Sequence record: DRR378314_1069
Length of the DNA: 29,163 bases
Direction: 5' to 3' (one strand)
Shown here: positions 19,881 to 29,136 of the stretch, in pieces
Layout: each line of letters opens with the position of its first letter
Numbering within the stretch: position 1 is the stretch's first letter
Notes under the pieces: generated by a model
Seen by the model: the letters and a program-made list of their open reading frames with translations, nothing else
The model's database searches: none
Told to the model about the DNA's origin: nothing
Position numbers and translations under genes: made by a program

Positions 19881-20660
19881 TTATGCCGCCGCTTTTTCGT
19901 GTGCAGATTTGGTTCGCGCGTGCAACTCTCTTAATGTGGAAAGCTCCAATTCGGTGGGAGCCTTCGTTACATCAAGATCTTCGGCATATGTCACCGTCCA
20001 GCCGCAAGTTGCCTGCACCTGTTCACGGGTAACGCCTGGATGCAGGCTCTGAACCACGAATTCCTTGCTTTCCATATCCGGCCGCCAAACGGCCAGATCC
20101 GTAATCAGCAGGGTCGGTCCTTTGGTGTCAATTCCAAGTTCCTGACGATGGCGCCCCCCCTCTCCATGTCCAAAAGAGGTAAAGAAATCAATTTTATTCA
20201 CCATCCCCCTCAGACTTTGCTTCATGGTGATAAAAATCTCACCACAAGAAGTTGCGATCTCTGGAGCTCCGCCTCCACCAGGTAACCGGGTCTTCGGATC
20301 GGTATAATCGCCAATGACCGTCGTATTGATATTGCCAAATTTATCGAGCTGAGCAGCTCCCAGAAATCCTATGGAAATCCGCCCGCCTTGCAGCCAGTAG
20401 CGGAACATTTCGGGGACCGGTACAGTTGTCACCGCTGTCTCACATAACTCTCCATCTCCAATGGAAAGCGGCAACACATCAGGGGCTGTGCCAATCGTTC
20501 CGCTTTCATAAATCAGCGTGATATCAGGTGCATGTGTAAGCCGTGCTACATTGCAGGCGGCTGAAGGTGCCCCAATTCCCACAAAACAAATATCGTCATT
20601 CTTAAGCGCCCGGGCGGCGGCAATCGTCATCATCTCATCAGCGGTAAACTCGACAGACAT
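19881..20660 (-). CDS. pcaJ: 3-oxoadipate CoA-transferase subunit B (glutaconate CoA-transferase/CatJ-like)
   Basis: CFVGIG.PS, LIYESG (catalytic Glu), GFLGAAQ.D.FGNINTT and RLPGGGGAPEIA. ATG 20660 overlaps the pcaI stop (TGATG). Confidence 0.92.
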   Translation of the reverse strand: MSVEFTADEMMTIAAARALKNDDICFVGIGAPSAACNVARLTHAPDITLIYESGTIGTAPDVLPLSIGDGELCETAVTTVPVPEMFRYWLQGGRISIGFLGAAQLDKFGNINTTVIGDYTDPKTRLPGGGGAPEIATSCGEIFITMKQSLRGMVNKIDFFTSFGHGEGGRHRQELGIDTKGPTLLITDLAVWRPDMESKEFVVQSLHPGVTREQVQATCGWTVTYAEDLDVTKAPTELELSTLRELHARTKSAHEKAAA

Positions 20661-21517
20661 CAAGCCGCTCCTTTCAGATTAGAAATCCGGTCCTGAAAAA
20701 CACCTTCATCCACATCAAGGACATTTTCCTGCATCCAATTCAAAAAAACGTCCCGATCTGCAGCAATTCGATCCCACTCTACATATGACGCGTTATCCCG
20801 GATATAATATCCGTGGGCATAGGAAGGATGGGCACCGCCTGGAATTTCACAAATTGCAGTCACGGCCCAACTGGGAAGAATGCAGGCGTTGGCGTGAATG
20901 TCATCAAAATCTTCAACGACTTCTTCGACCGTTACAATAGCCTTCTTTGCTGCCAGTACGGCTTCCTTTTGCACACCAACAATACCCTCTACCAACACAT
21001 CGCCGCGCCGATTGGCTTTCTGAGCATGAATAAAAGTCACATCTGGACGAACAGAGGGAACGGCAGCTAAAATTTCCCCTGTAAAAGGACAAGTCACTTC
21101 ACGAATATTGGAATTCACCTCCGCCAGGCCTGCCCCTCGATATCCCCGAAAAATTGCACATGGCAAACCCGCCGCACCGGCCTCATAGGCATTTGCCATC
21201 GCCGCATGAGAATGCTCCTCAATTTCCAGAGGATGCGGCCAGTCATTTTCAACAGCATCCCGAAGTCGGCGTAACAATCCAACACCAGGATTGCCCGCAT
21301 ACGAAAAAACCACCTTTTTGGCGAGCCCCATACCGATCATCTGGTCATAAACCACGTCAGGGGTCATCCGAACCAATGTCAGATCCTTAATCCCCTGCCG
21401 AATAACCTCATGGGCGGCGGCATGCGGGATTAAATGCGTGAAGCCTTCAAAAGCAACAACGTCACCTGCGTTCAGATTTTCGGAAACAGCCTGTTTCAAA
21501 GACTGGAAAATTGCCAT
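20660..21517 (-). CDS. pcaI: 3-oxoadipate CoA-transferase subunit A (CatI-like)
   Basis: EGFTHLIP.AA.HE, RMTPD, GNPGVG, EEHSHA, TCPFTGE, HAQKA and GAHPSYAHGYY.RDN motifs. Confidence 0.93.
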   Translation of the reverse strand: MAIFQSLKQAVSENLNAGDVVAFEGFTHLIPHAAAHEVIRQGIKDLTLVRMTPDVVYDQMIGMGLAKKVVFSYAGNPGVGLLRRLRDAVENDWPHPLEIEEHSHAAMANAYEAGAAGLPCAIFRGYRGAGLAEVNSNIREVTCPFTGEILAAVPSVRPDVTFIHAQKANRRGDVLVEGIVGVQKEAVLAAKKAIVTVEEVVEDFDDIHANACILPSWAVTAICEIPGGAHPSYAHGYYIRDNASYVEWDRIAADRDVFLNWMQENVLDVDEGVFQDRISNLKGAA

Positions 21518-21528
21518 TTACACATACC

Positions 21529-22143
21529 CTAAATATCAAAAAAGACTGTTTCCTGATCACCTTGCAAATGAATATCAAAGTGATATTCCGAACCGGATTT
21601 TTGGGCTATCAGGGTCGGAACCCGGCTCTGGTGCTCAATGCGGGTCAAGATCGGATCAACTTTATTCGCCTCAACCTCATCAGAGAAATACATCCGCGTG
21701 TGAAGACCCAGATTAATGCCACGGGCAACAATCCAAAACGTAATATGAGGGGCCATGGCCCGCCCATCTTTAAACGGCACTATTCCAGGCTTGATGGTCT
21801 CAAAGACATATTCACCGGTCGCCATTTCCCCAGGGCAACGCCCCCATCCCGCAAAGTTGGGATCAGCTGTCCCCCGCTTTTCAAACGGGCTGTTATAAAG
21901 GCCTTTGGCATCTGCTTGCCAAATTTCAATCAAGGCATCTTTTAAGGCAGCACCTTTGCCGTCGAAAACAGACCCGCGAACGGTTATCCGTTCCCCTTCT
22001 GTGAGTTCATTGACCATTTCGGTGCCGAGATCTTTAGCATAAACCCCTTCAATGCCACTGAAGTTTGGCGTACAACCGATATGGACATATGGTCCTGCAG
22101 TTTGGGATGGGGTTTCCTTTAAATAATCAAGTGGCTGTGTCAT
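21529..22143 (-). CDS. pcaG: Protocatechuate 3,4-dioxygenase alpha subunit
   Basis: ETPSQTAGPYVHIG, EIWQADA.G, TIKPG, APHI...ARGIN..L.TR.YF and ETVFFDI. Confidence 0.97.
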   Translation of the reverse strand: MTQPLDYLKETPSQTAGPYVHIGCTPNFSGIEGVYAKDLGTEMVNELTEGERITVRGSVFDGKGAALKDALIEIWQADAKGLYNSPFEKRGTADPNFAGWGRCPGEMATGEYVFETIKPGIVPFKDGRAMAPHITFWIVARGINLGLHTRMYFSDEVEANKVDPILTRIEHQSRVPTLIAQKSGSEYHFDIHLQGDQETVFFDI

Positions 22144-22884
22144 CTAGTTACCCTCCATCCGATTTTCAAACAGGGTCGAGCGACGCCCCCTCAAAACGAT
22201 ATCAAATTTATAAGCCAAGCTGTCCATGGGCAGTGTATTTCCCATATCCAGCGGAGCAATCAGTTGATCAATTGCTTTTGGGTCGGGGATTGTGTTGAGG
22301 ATGGGGCATTTGGTAATCAATGGATCCCCTTCAAAATACATCTGGGTAATCAGGCGCTGGGCAAAACCCTGGCCAAAAACCGAGAAATGAATATGGGCTG
22401 GCCGCCAGTCATTAACGCCATTGGGCCAAGGATACGGCCCCGGTTTAATTGTTCGAAAACAGTAGGCGCCAGTCTCATCAGATATGGTTCGCCCGCATCC
22501 TCCAAAGTTGGGATCAAGTGGCGCAAGATAACTTTCTTTCTTATGGCGATACCGACCCCCCGCATTAGCCTGCCAAAACTCGATCAAAACATTGGGAACA
22601 GGCTTTCCCCGTTCATCCAAAATCCGGCCATGGACCACAATCCGCTCCCCGATCGGCATTTCGCCTTCTTGAGCAAAATTGAGGATCATATCATTGTCCA
22701 GCTCGCCGATCTGGTTATGGCCAAACACAGGACCCGTCATTTCGCTGATCGTATTATCCAGCGACAGGAGAGCTTTCTGCGGGGACCTTAGAATACTTGT
22801 TTTGTAAGACGGTGAAAAGGCAGGAGGATGCCAGTTTCGATCCCGCTGCATGAACGCCCCGTTATCTTTTTTCTCGTTGGACAT
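22144..22884 (-). CDS. pcaH: Protocatechuate 3,4-dioxygenase beta subunit
   Basis: [33 protein letters not shown] and WRPAHIHFS, carrying the Tyr/Tyr/His/His iron ligands. Confidence 0.98.
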   Translation of the reverse strand: MSNEKKDNGAFMQRDRNWHPPAFSPSYKTSILRSPQKALLSLDNTISEMTGPVFGHNQIGELDNDMILNFAQEGEMPIGERIVVHGRILDERGKPVPNVLIEFWQANAGGRYRHKKESYLAPLDPNFGGCGRTISDETGAYCFRTIKPGPYPWPNGVNDWRPAHIHFSVFGQGFAQRLITQMYFEGDPLITKCPILNTIPDPKAIDQLIAPLDMGNTLPMDSLAYKFDIVLRGRRSTLFENRMEGN

Positions 22885-22886
22885 GG

Positions 22887-23279
22887 TTAAGAACCCCGTT
22901 CCTCATCTAGCTTTTTGAAAACTTCTTTGACCACTTTAATCGCACTATTGGCCGCAGGTACGCCTGCATAAATTGCGACATGAAGCATGGCTTCGCGAAT
23001 ATCTTCGCGGCTTGCTCCTGTATTTTCCGCAGCACGAACATGCATTGCGACCTCGTCATAATGACCAAGACCGGCCAGCAGGGCGATCGTCACCATGGAT
23101 CGCTCCCGCTTGGTCCATTGATCGCGGGACCAAACCGATCCCCAGGCCCCTTCGGTGATCAGCTCCTGGAAGGGCAAATCAAATTCGGTCTGGTTAGCTT
23201 CAGCCCGCTTCACATGAGCCTCACCAAGAACTGACATCCGTGTTTTCCGGCCAGTTTCATACCTTGCCGTTTTTTCCAT
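22887..23279 (-). CDS. pcaC: 4-carboxymuconolactone decarboxylase
   Basis: G...R..VLG.AHV, FQ.LIT..AWG.VWSR, RERS.VT.ALLA and [11 protein letters not shown]. Start set at ATG 23279 (AAGGA upstream), not the ORF-track start inside pcaD. Confidence 0.94.
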   Translation of the reverse strand: MEKTARYETGRKTRMSVLGEAHVKRAEANQTEFDLPFQELITEGAWGSVWSRDQWTKRERSMVTIALLAGLGHYDEVAMHVRAAENTGASREDIREAMLHVAIYAGVPAANSAIKVVKEVFKKLDEERGS

Positions 23280-23290
23280 TTTTCTTTTCC

Positions 23291-24085
23291 TTACACGATA
23301 TGTTTGCGCAAAAAACCCAAAATCCCAGCGATCAACTGTTCTGGTTGCTCCACACAAGGGATATGGCCAGCGCCTTTAATTTCCAAATATTCCGCCCCTT
23401 CAATCAAGCTATGAAGCTCCTTAACCAATTCCGGTGGAGTTGACATATCCTGATCCCCGACGACACAAAGCACAGGTTTTCGCAAAGCCCCTAAGTCATC
23501 CGTAAAATCGGCATCCCGAAGCGCATGACAGGTTCCAACATACCCCCCCAACCCTTGCCGGGCGAGCATCGCCTTACAACCCTGAAAAATTGGATTATCC
23601 TCACGCCGAAAATCAGCGGTAAACCAGCGCTCCATAATTGCATCCACCATGGGTGTCAGACCACCCGCTTCTAATCCGGCAATCCGCTCCTGCCACATAT
23701 CTGTGGTTCCGATCTTATGACCAGTATCACAAAGGATCACGCCTTTCACCAAATCCGGGCGTTTTAAAGCCAGCCCCTGCGCAATCATACCGCCAACAGA
23801 CAAGCCGCAGATCACGACCTCTGTAACACCCAAAAAGTCGATCAAGGCTTCTATGTCGGCCACATGATCGTCCATTGTATAAGGTGGAGCCCCTTCGGAT
23901 GACAAACCATGCCCTCTTTTATCATAGAGAAGAAAAGAACAATCTGAAGCCATTCCAGCGACGACCGCATCCCAAATCCGAAAGTCCGTTCCCAAAGAAT
24001 TGGCAAAAACCACAACCGGTTTATCAGCACCGGCATCTTTGAATTGGTAGTGAAGGGTCACATTATTGACAGTTACAAATTGCAT
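23291..24085 (-). CDS. pcaD: 3-oxoadipate enol-lactonase
   Basis: NSLGTDFRIWD, YDKRGHG.S, GLSVGG nucleophile elbow, ERWF and GHIPCVEQP; RBS AAGGGAGG. Confidence 0.96.
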   Translation of the reverse strand: MQFVTVNNVTLHYQFKDAGADKPVVVFANSLGTDFRIWDAVVAGMASDCSFLLYDKRGHGLSSEGAPPYTMDDHVADIEALIDFLGVTEVVICGLSVGGMIAQGLALKRPDLVKGVILCDTGHKIGTTDMWQERIAGLEAGGLTPMVDAIMERWFTADFRREDNPIFQGCKAMLARQGLGGYVGTCHALRDADFTDDLGALRKPVLCVVGDQDMSTPPELVKELHSLIEGAEYLEIKGAGHIPCVEQPEQLIAGILGFLRKHIV

Positions 24086-24160
24086 CTAAGCACCTCCCTT
24101 GATTACCCCTATGAAATCAGATTGATTTTGTAAGGTAAAATGATAAATTTAGCAAAACCA

Positions 24161-24176
24161 ATAATCAAAAGGTTAT
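24161..24176. promoter_or_regulatory. PcaQ binding site
   Basis: ATAATC-AAAA-GGTTAT (minus strand ATAACC-TTTT-GATTAT), close to the rhizobial PcaQ site ATAACC-N4-GGTTAA; lies in the pcaD/pcaQ divergent region, 2 nt before the pcaQ ATG. Confidence 0.75.
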
Positions 24177-24178
24177 GA

Positions 24179-25105
24179 ATGAGCAAAACCCCTATAAAGT
24201 TCAGGCACTTATCGATTTTCATCGAAGTTGCCCGTCAGAAAAGTGTCGGCAAGGCCGCTGAAATTCTGTCCCTAAGCCAACCGGCTGTAACTAAAACAAT
24301 TCGCGAGCTGGAAGAGATCCTGGATGTGAAACTGTTTGAAAAAGAGGGACGCGGCATCAAGCTTGGCCGGATGGGAGAGGTGTTCCTCAAGCATGCCGGT
24401 GCCAGCGTCGCGGCAATCCAACAAGGGGTCGATTCCGTTAATCAGGCGATCTTAAACGCCGCACCGCCAGTCAGGATCGGGGCGCTGCCAACCACTTCAG
24501 CACGGATCATGCCAACGGCCATGCAGCTTTACCTGGCCGAAAATGTGGGAAATGAAGTCAAGATCGTCACAGGTGAAAATGCAGTTCTACTAGAACAACT
24601 CAGAAACGCAGAACTGGATATTGTTGTGGGGCGCCTTGCCTCTCCTGAAAAAATGACGGGTCTTTCCTTTGAGCATTTATACAGTGAGCAGGTCCGCTTC
24701 GCTGTTCGGGCGGCTCACCCCCTACTCCATCATCAAAACCTAAGACTTAATGAGCTTCGAAATTACACCATCCTGATGCCGACAAAAGCTTCGGTTATTC
24801 GTCCTTTTGTCGAGCGGTTTTTGCTGGCCAATGGTATTTCGGAACTCCCCAGTCAAATCGAAACAGTTTCCGATAGCTTTGGGCGCGCTTTCATCCGTGA
24901 TAGCAACGGGGTATGGATCATTTCCCATGGCGTGATTGCACATGACCTTCAAGCGGGGGCGATGAAGATCCTGCCCATTGACACATCTGAAACCAAAGGT
25001 GCAGTAGGCTTAACCACACGTGCAGATATTGAGGAAAACACCTCTCTGTCAATCATGATGCAATGCATTCGAGCGGCGTCTGCCCAGCTTCACGAAACTG
25101 TGTAA
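24179..25105 (+). CDS. pcaQ: LysR-type pca operon regulator PcaQ
   Basis: IKFRHL..F.EVARQKSVGKAA, IGALPT, TGEN.VLLEQLR, VGRLA.PEKM.G.SFEHLYSE and IETVSDSFGRAF; divergent from pcaD. Confidence 0.95.
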   Translation: MSKTPIKFRHLSIFIEVARQKSVGKAAEILSLSQPAVTKTIRELEEILDVKLFEKEGRGIKLGRMGEVFLKHAGASVAAIQQGVDSVNQAILNAAPPVRIGALPTTSARIMPTAMQLYLAENVGNEVKIVTGENAVLLEQLRNAELDIVVGRLASPEKMTGLSFEHLYSEQVRFAVRAAHPLLHHQNLRLNELRNYTILMPTKASVIRPFVERFLLANGISELPSQIETVSDSFGRAFIRDSNGVWIISHGVIAHDLQAGAMKILPIDTSETKGAVGLTTRADIEENTSLSIMMQCIRAASAQLHETV

Positions 25106-25168
25106 GCCTGTGTGTTGCGAAGCTTCGGATAGCCTCTACATTGTGAGGAAGTGTTTGAAAGGGTTGTC

Positions 25169-25780
25169 ATGATTAAAAAACTTACGCTGCCTCTTGCCGT
25201 ATCTGCCTGTCTGCCATTTATGGCGGCTGTTCCCGCTCAATCGGCAGAGGAAGTTGCGATTTTCGCGGGCGGCTGTTTCTGGTGTGTTGAAAAGGATTTT
25301 GAACATGTGGACGGCGTGACCGACGCCGTTTCAGGTTATACTGGTGGTCTCTTGGCAAACCCGACCTACCGCAATCATGGTCAGCATATTGAAGCGGTTC
25401 GCATCACTTATGATCCAGCCATTGTCACTTATGGGAAATTGGTCGAGATTTTCTGGCGGTCCATTGATCCTACAGACGCAAAAGGACAATTTTGCGATCG
25501 CGGTCATTCTTACACAACCGCTATTTTCGCAACATCTGATGAACAGGCGGAAATCGCCAAGGCATCTAAAGCCAACCTTATCAGCCAAAAAACCTTACCA
25601 GACCCCATTGTCACACCCATTCGCACGGCAGGCACATGGACGGATGCAGAGAAATATCATCAGGATTATTATAAAAAGAACCCGCTTCGATACAAATACT
25701 ATCGCTACAATTGCGGCCGCGATGCCCGTATTGTTGAACTATGGAAAGATCAAGCCCTTGCTGGAATTTCTAAGGATTAA
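25169..25780 (+). CDS. msrA: Peptide-methionine (S)-S-oxide reductase with N-terminal signal peptide
   Basis: FAGGCFWCVE, SGYTGG, NPTY, H.EAV, GQFCDRG and AE.YHQDYY motifs; basic-hydrophobic-AQS leader. Start set at ATG 25169 (GAAAGGG upstream); GTG 25151 is the alternative. Confidence 0.95.
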   Translation: MIKKLTLPLAVSACLPFMAAVPAQSAEEVAIFAGGCFWCVEKDFEHVDGVTDAVSGYTGGLLANPTYRNHGQHIEAVRITYDPAIVTYGKLVEIFWRSIDPTDAKGQFCDRGHSYTTAIFATSDEQAEIAKASKANLISQKTLPDPIVTPIRTAGTWTDAEKYHQDYYKKNPLRYKYYRYNCGRDARIVELWKDQALAGISKD

Positions 25781-25874
25781 CATGGAACTCCAATCTAACA
25801 GAAAAAAGCTTGCCCGCTCCAAAATCATCTGGCTTTAGTTAAAAATTAGGAAAACCATTTGAAGGACGCCGTGG

Positions 25875-26501
25875 ATGTCTCTGGAGCTTTGGATCACTTT
25901 TGTCGCCGCAAGTGCCGCTTTGCTGGCCTTACCGGGACCTACCGTTATTTTGGTAACCAGTTACGCAATGAACCAGGGACGGCGAACTGGCCTGGCAACC
26001 ATTCCAGGTGTTGCCCTGGGAGATTTTACCGCCATGACAACCTCCCTTCTGGGCGCAGGGGCCATCCTCGCCGCTTCAGCGACCTTATTTACTCTTCTCA
26101 AGCTGGCTGGGGCTGCCTACCTCGTCTGGCTGGGTTACAAACTTTGGAAAAGCCGTCCTGAACTTGGCGAAATCAAATCCCTTGGCACTGGACAAACCCT
26201 TGGAAACATGTTCTGGAATTCATTTGTCGTTACGGCTCTTAACCCTAAGGGAATAGTCTTTTTTGTTGCCTTTATTCCACAATTCGTTAATCCAGCTGAG
26301 CCTGTCTTCAGTCAATTTGTCATCCTGGAAGTGACATTCGTAACGATGGCGGCGATCAACATCGCTCTGTGGGTATTGTTGACGGATCGGTTTCGATCCA
26401 AATTTCAAAGCGCGAACCTTTTAAAGATACTCAACAAAACCGGCGCCTCATTTCTCATGGGCGCCGGTGTATTTACAGCGATAGTCAGCAGAAATAGCTA
26501 G
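25875..26501 (+). CDS. LysE/RhtB family translocator
   Basis: PGP in TM1, G...GD, K..GAAYL.WLG and LNPKG..FF.AF.PQF; hydrophobic 208 aa; RBS GAAGGA. Confidence 0.93.
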   Translation: MSLELWITFVAASAALLALPGPTVILVTSYAMNQGRRTGLATIPGVALGDFTAMTTSLLGAGAILAASATLFTLLKLAGAAYLVWLGYKLWKSRPELGEIKSLGTGQTLGNMFWNSFVVTALNPKGIVFFVAFIPQFVNPAEPVFSQFVILEVTFVTMAAINIALWVLLTDRFRSKFQSANLLKILNKTGASFLMGAGVFTAIVSRNS

Positions 26502-26502
26502 G

Positions 26503-28956
26503 CTACCCCGATTTTTTCTGGATTGAGGACAGAAACTCACCAATTTGCCCGCGCATTTTCTGGAAATCCTCCACCATACTGGTTGTCGCGGTTTGCTGCT
26601 CCTCCGCTGCCCCACCGGTGCGTTTTGCTTCCTCGTTTATCTCTGTCATGGTTTTACTAACATTCAGTGATGCACTCTCTGCGGAGCGGACACTTTCACC
26701 AATGTTGGCTATTGTCTGCGCCTGTGTGGTAACCGCGCCTTCGATTGTTTCGGTTGCCGTATTGATCTTCTCAATGGTCTGCGTAATCTGTGCCGCTTTG
26801 TCGACCGTTATTGACGTCGCCCCCTGGATCTCAGAAATCTGCTTTGAAATTTCTTCAGTCGCTTTTTCTGTCTGACTGGCCAGATTTTTGACTTCGCTCG
26901 CAACAATGGCAAAACCCTTGCCGGCATCCCCTGCCCGGGCGGCCTCGATGGTTGCATTCAGAGCCAGCAGGTTTGTTTGGCTCGCGATATCTTCGATAAG
27001 CGCGACGACCTCTCCGATTTTACTGGCAGTTTCCGCAAGCCCGTTAATTGTCTCTGAGGTTGAGGCGGCATGGGTCACAGCCTCCTTACTGATTTCAGCA
27101 GAGGTTATAACCTGTTTTCGAATTTCCTCGACAGAGGTGTTCAACGTTGTCGTCGCTTCAGCGACCACCTGAACATTGGAAGCTGTTTCTTTAGAAATCG
27201 TATCCATCTCTTGCGATTTTTGGAGGGTCTGTTCGATCATGGAAGAAACCGTATCAGCCGTCAGCCGTACTTTACCGGACGCAGAATTGACTGCATCCAT
27301 TGTGTCCGTCATATCCTGATCAAACGCTTCAATCAAAGCGGCAACCCGATGGGTTTCCGCTTCGTCTGCAACTTTTTGAGCGGCGATTTCATCCGCGCGG
27401 GCCTCTGCCTGTTGCTTTTGGCCCGCAATTTCAGCAGTCATCGCTTCGCGTTCGGTCACATCTTCCCAGGTGAACATGGTGCGGCTATGCTGCCCATCGG
27501 CATTTACAACGGCCGCCAGCGAAACTTCATAACTACGCGCACCGATCGAGATAATATCTTTGAATGGTAAGGCATTAGCATCGGAAATATCACCAACCAA
27601 ATTCTGTTGAATGCCAACCACGTCCCAGATCTTTGACCCCGCTTCAAATGAGCTGCCCGTGCGCGCCTTCATATCGTTGCGTCCCGCCTCATTCACAAAA
27701 TAGACAGTTCCTTTCAGCCCGACCAGCGCTGTCGGCATTTGACTGCTTTCAATCATATTGCGAAGCTGAAAGCTGTCTTCAACACTGCTTTTTAAACTGG
27801 CAAGCGCCCGTACCATTTGCAAAAATTCGTCTTTGCCAACTTTTGGCATTTCAATATCTGTGTGCCCCTTGCTGATTTCCGTCAACTTATCCGAGAACCG
27901 ACTGATTTTTCGAAACAGCGTAAAATTCAACAAAACCCAACCAGCGATCCAAGCCACCAAAATCCCGCCGCCGATCGCGAACAGAGCCGAGTTTCGAAGG
28001 GCAATCGTCTCTCCAGTGAAGTGGCCAACATCTCTTGTTAGCTCTGCAATCATCCAGGTATGACCAGTCGTGCTTGGAATTTCGATCGTAATCGTATTCA
28101 ACTGATGAAATTCAGCCGTGCTTTGAGCGGGCTGTGTATCCAAAGGCTTCGGCGAGGTATTTTCTGATCCGTCGACACCTTCAGTCTCACCTTCTGATGG
28201 GGTTTCAGGCAGGGTTGCGAAGCTGCGAAAATTATCTTCCAAAAGCCTGTTGCCATTAACATCCAGATAGACCAAATCCCCATCCATATACTCACCAAGG
28301 CCCGTCAAATGAGGAAGCGGGTTTGTAACCACCTCAATAAACCCAGCGAGTCTAAAACCACCAATGGGCGCTATGATGCTGTGAACGGGTGTCCCCTGTT
28401 CAGTCCGCCAATAATAAGAGGCGGTCACCCGGCTTTGCTTTTTGTCTCTTGCAGCCAGCGCGTTTTGAATTTCTGAATTGGCCGTTACTGTCTCACCCGC
28501 CCCTTTTTCAGAAGTCGCAATCCGGTTCATGGATTTGTCAAAAATATTGACCGTTACAAGGAAAAACTCCTGACGGGTAATAATCGCATCATTATGAAAA
28601 GCAGTGGCCTGAATAACCATGTTGTCGGTGTTTTCCGACTTGACCGCTTTGATCAGCGGATCATGACGCGACCAGTTCTTCACATGCGGGGTGAATTTAT
28701 CCGTATACTGCAGCCGAATGCGGTCATTCACCAGGAATTTTAGAGTATCGGCAGCATTATCCTCAAAAACCTCAAGGGAAAACTGGGTAAATCTCTCGGC
28801 AATTCTGATCTGCCCCACCACCAAAGCGACGGACAGCAGAATAGCCATAGCAACAAGGACCCGGCGCGGCGTCCAAAATTGAGCAGCGACAATTTCTGAA
28901 TTATCAGCCACCTGCTTCTTCTTAAAAATTCGAAAAGAGATTTTCTTAGTCAACAT
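26503..28956 (-). CDS. Methyl-accepting chemotaxis protein (TM - periplasmic sensor - TM - HAMP - PAS - signalling domain)
   Basis: Hairpin tip [38 protein letters not shown], two hydrophobic segments, HAMP (ISKG...P.VG.DE...M..AL) and a PAS-like segment. Start ATG 28956; TTG 28962 is the alternative. Confidence 0.95.
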   Translation of the reverse strand: MLTKKISFRIFKKKQVADNSEIVAAQFWTPRRVLVAMAILLSVALVVGQIRIAERFTQFSLEVFEDNAADTLKFLVNDRIRLQYTDKFTPHVKNWSRHDPLIKAVKSENTDNMVIQATAFHNDAIITRQEFFLVTVNIFDKSMNRIATSEKGAGETVTANSEIQNALAARDKKQSRVTASYYWRTEQGTPVHSIIAPIGGFRLAGFIEVVTNPLPHLTGLGEYMDGDLVYLDVNGNRLLEDNFRSFATLPETPSEGETEGVDGSENTSPKPLDTQPAQSTAEFHQLNTITIEIPSTTGHTWMIAELTRDVGHFTGETIALRNSALFAIGGGILVAWIAGWVLLNFTLFRKISRFSDKLTEISKGHTDIEMPKVGKDEFLQMVRALASLKSSVEDSFQLRNMIESSQMPTALVGLKGTVYFVNEAGRNDMKARTGSSFEAGSKIWDVVGIQQNLVGDISDANALPFKDIISIGARSYEVSLAAVVNADGQHSRTMFTWEDVTEREAMTAEIAGQKQQAEARADEIAAQKVADEAETHRVAALIEAFDQDMTDTMDAVNSASGKVRLTADTVSSMIEQTLQKSQEMDTISKETASNVQVVAEATTTLNTSVEEIRKQVITSAEISKEAVTHAASTSETINGLAETASKIGEVVALIEDIASQTNLLALNATIEAARAGDAGKGFAIVASEVKNLASQTEKATEEISKQISEIQGATSITVDKAAQITQTIEKINTATETIEGAVTTQAQTIANIGESVRSAESASLNVSKTMTEINEEAKRTGGAAEEQQTATTSMVEDFQKMRGQIGEFLSSIQKKSG

Positions 28957-29103
28957 GAACAATTAGACTCAAATTAATTTAATCGCTCATATTTAACGGA
29001 TAAAAATTTATATATTCTTACTTAAGCCTAAAGACCGATGAAGAGCTCTCCGGTTCCAAACAAATTTATGTCCCTCCAATACACCTAAACCCATTCAGAC
29101 AAC

Positions 29104-29136
29104 AAAAAACCTCTCCTGTTCCCAGGAGAGGTTTTT
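29104..29136 (-). terminator. Intrinsic terminator of the tRNA-Leu transcript
   Basis: Minus strand AAAAACCTCTCCTG-GGAA-CAGGAGAGGTTTTTT: GC-rich stem, GNRA loop and U6 tail; also T5 on the plus strand, so possibly bidirectional. Confidence 0.88.

Noticed and set aside
23280..23357. N-terminal extensions in the ORF track (pcaC here; also liuE, LysR, pcaJ and msrA)
   Set aside because: The extensions overlap upstream genes or promoters; family homology and, in most cases, an RBS support the downstream starts.
25118..25127. Palindrome CGAAGCTTCG between pcaQ and msrA
   Set aside because: Too short for a terminator stem, no U-tract, and no operator I recognise.
28963..29025. Possible CtrA boxes upstream of the chemoreceptor
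   Set aside because: No exact TTAA-N7-TTAA. The best match (minus strand TTAA-N7-CTAA, 28963-28977) is imperfect and lies in very AT-rich DNA, so CtrA control is plausible but unsupported.
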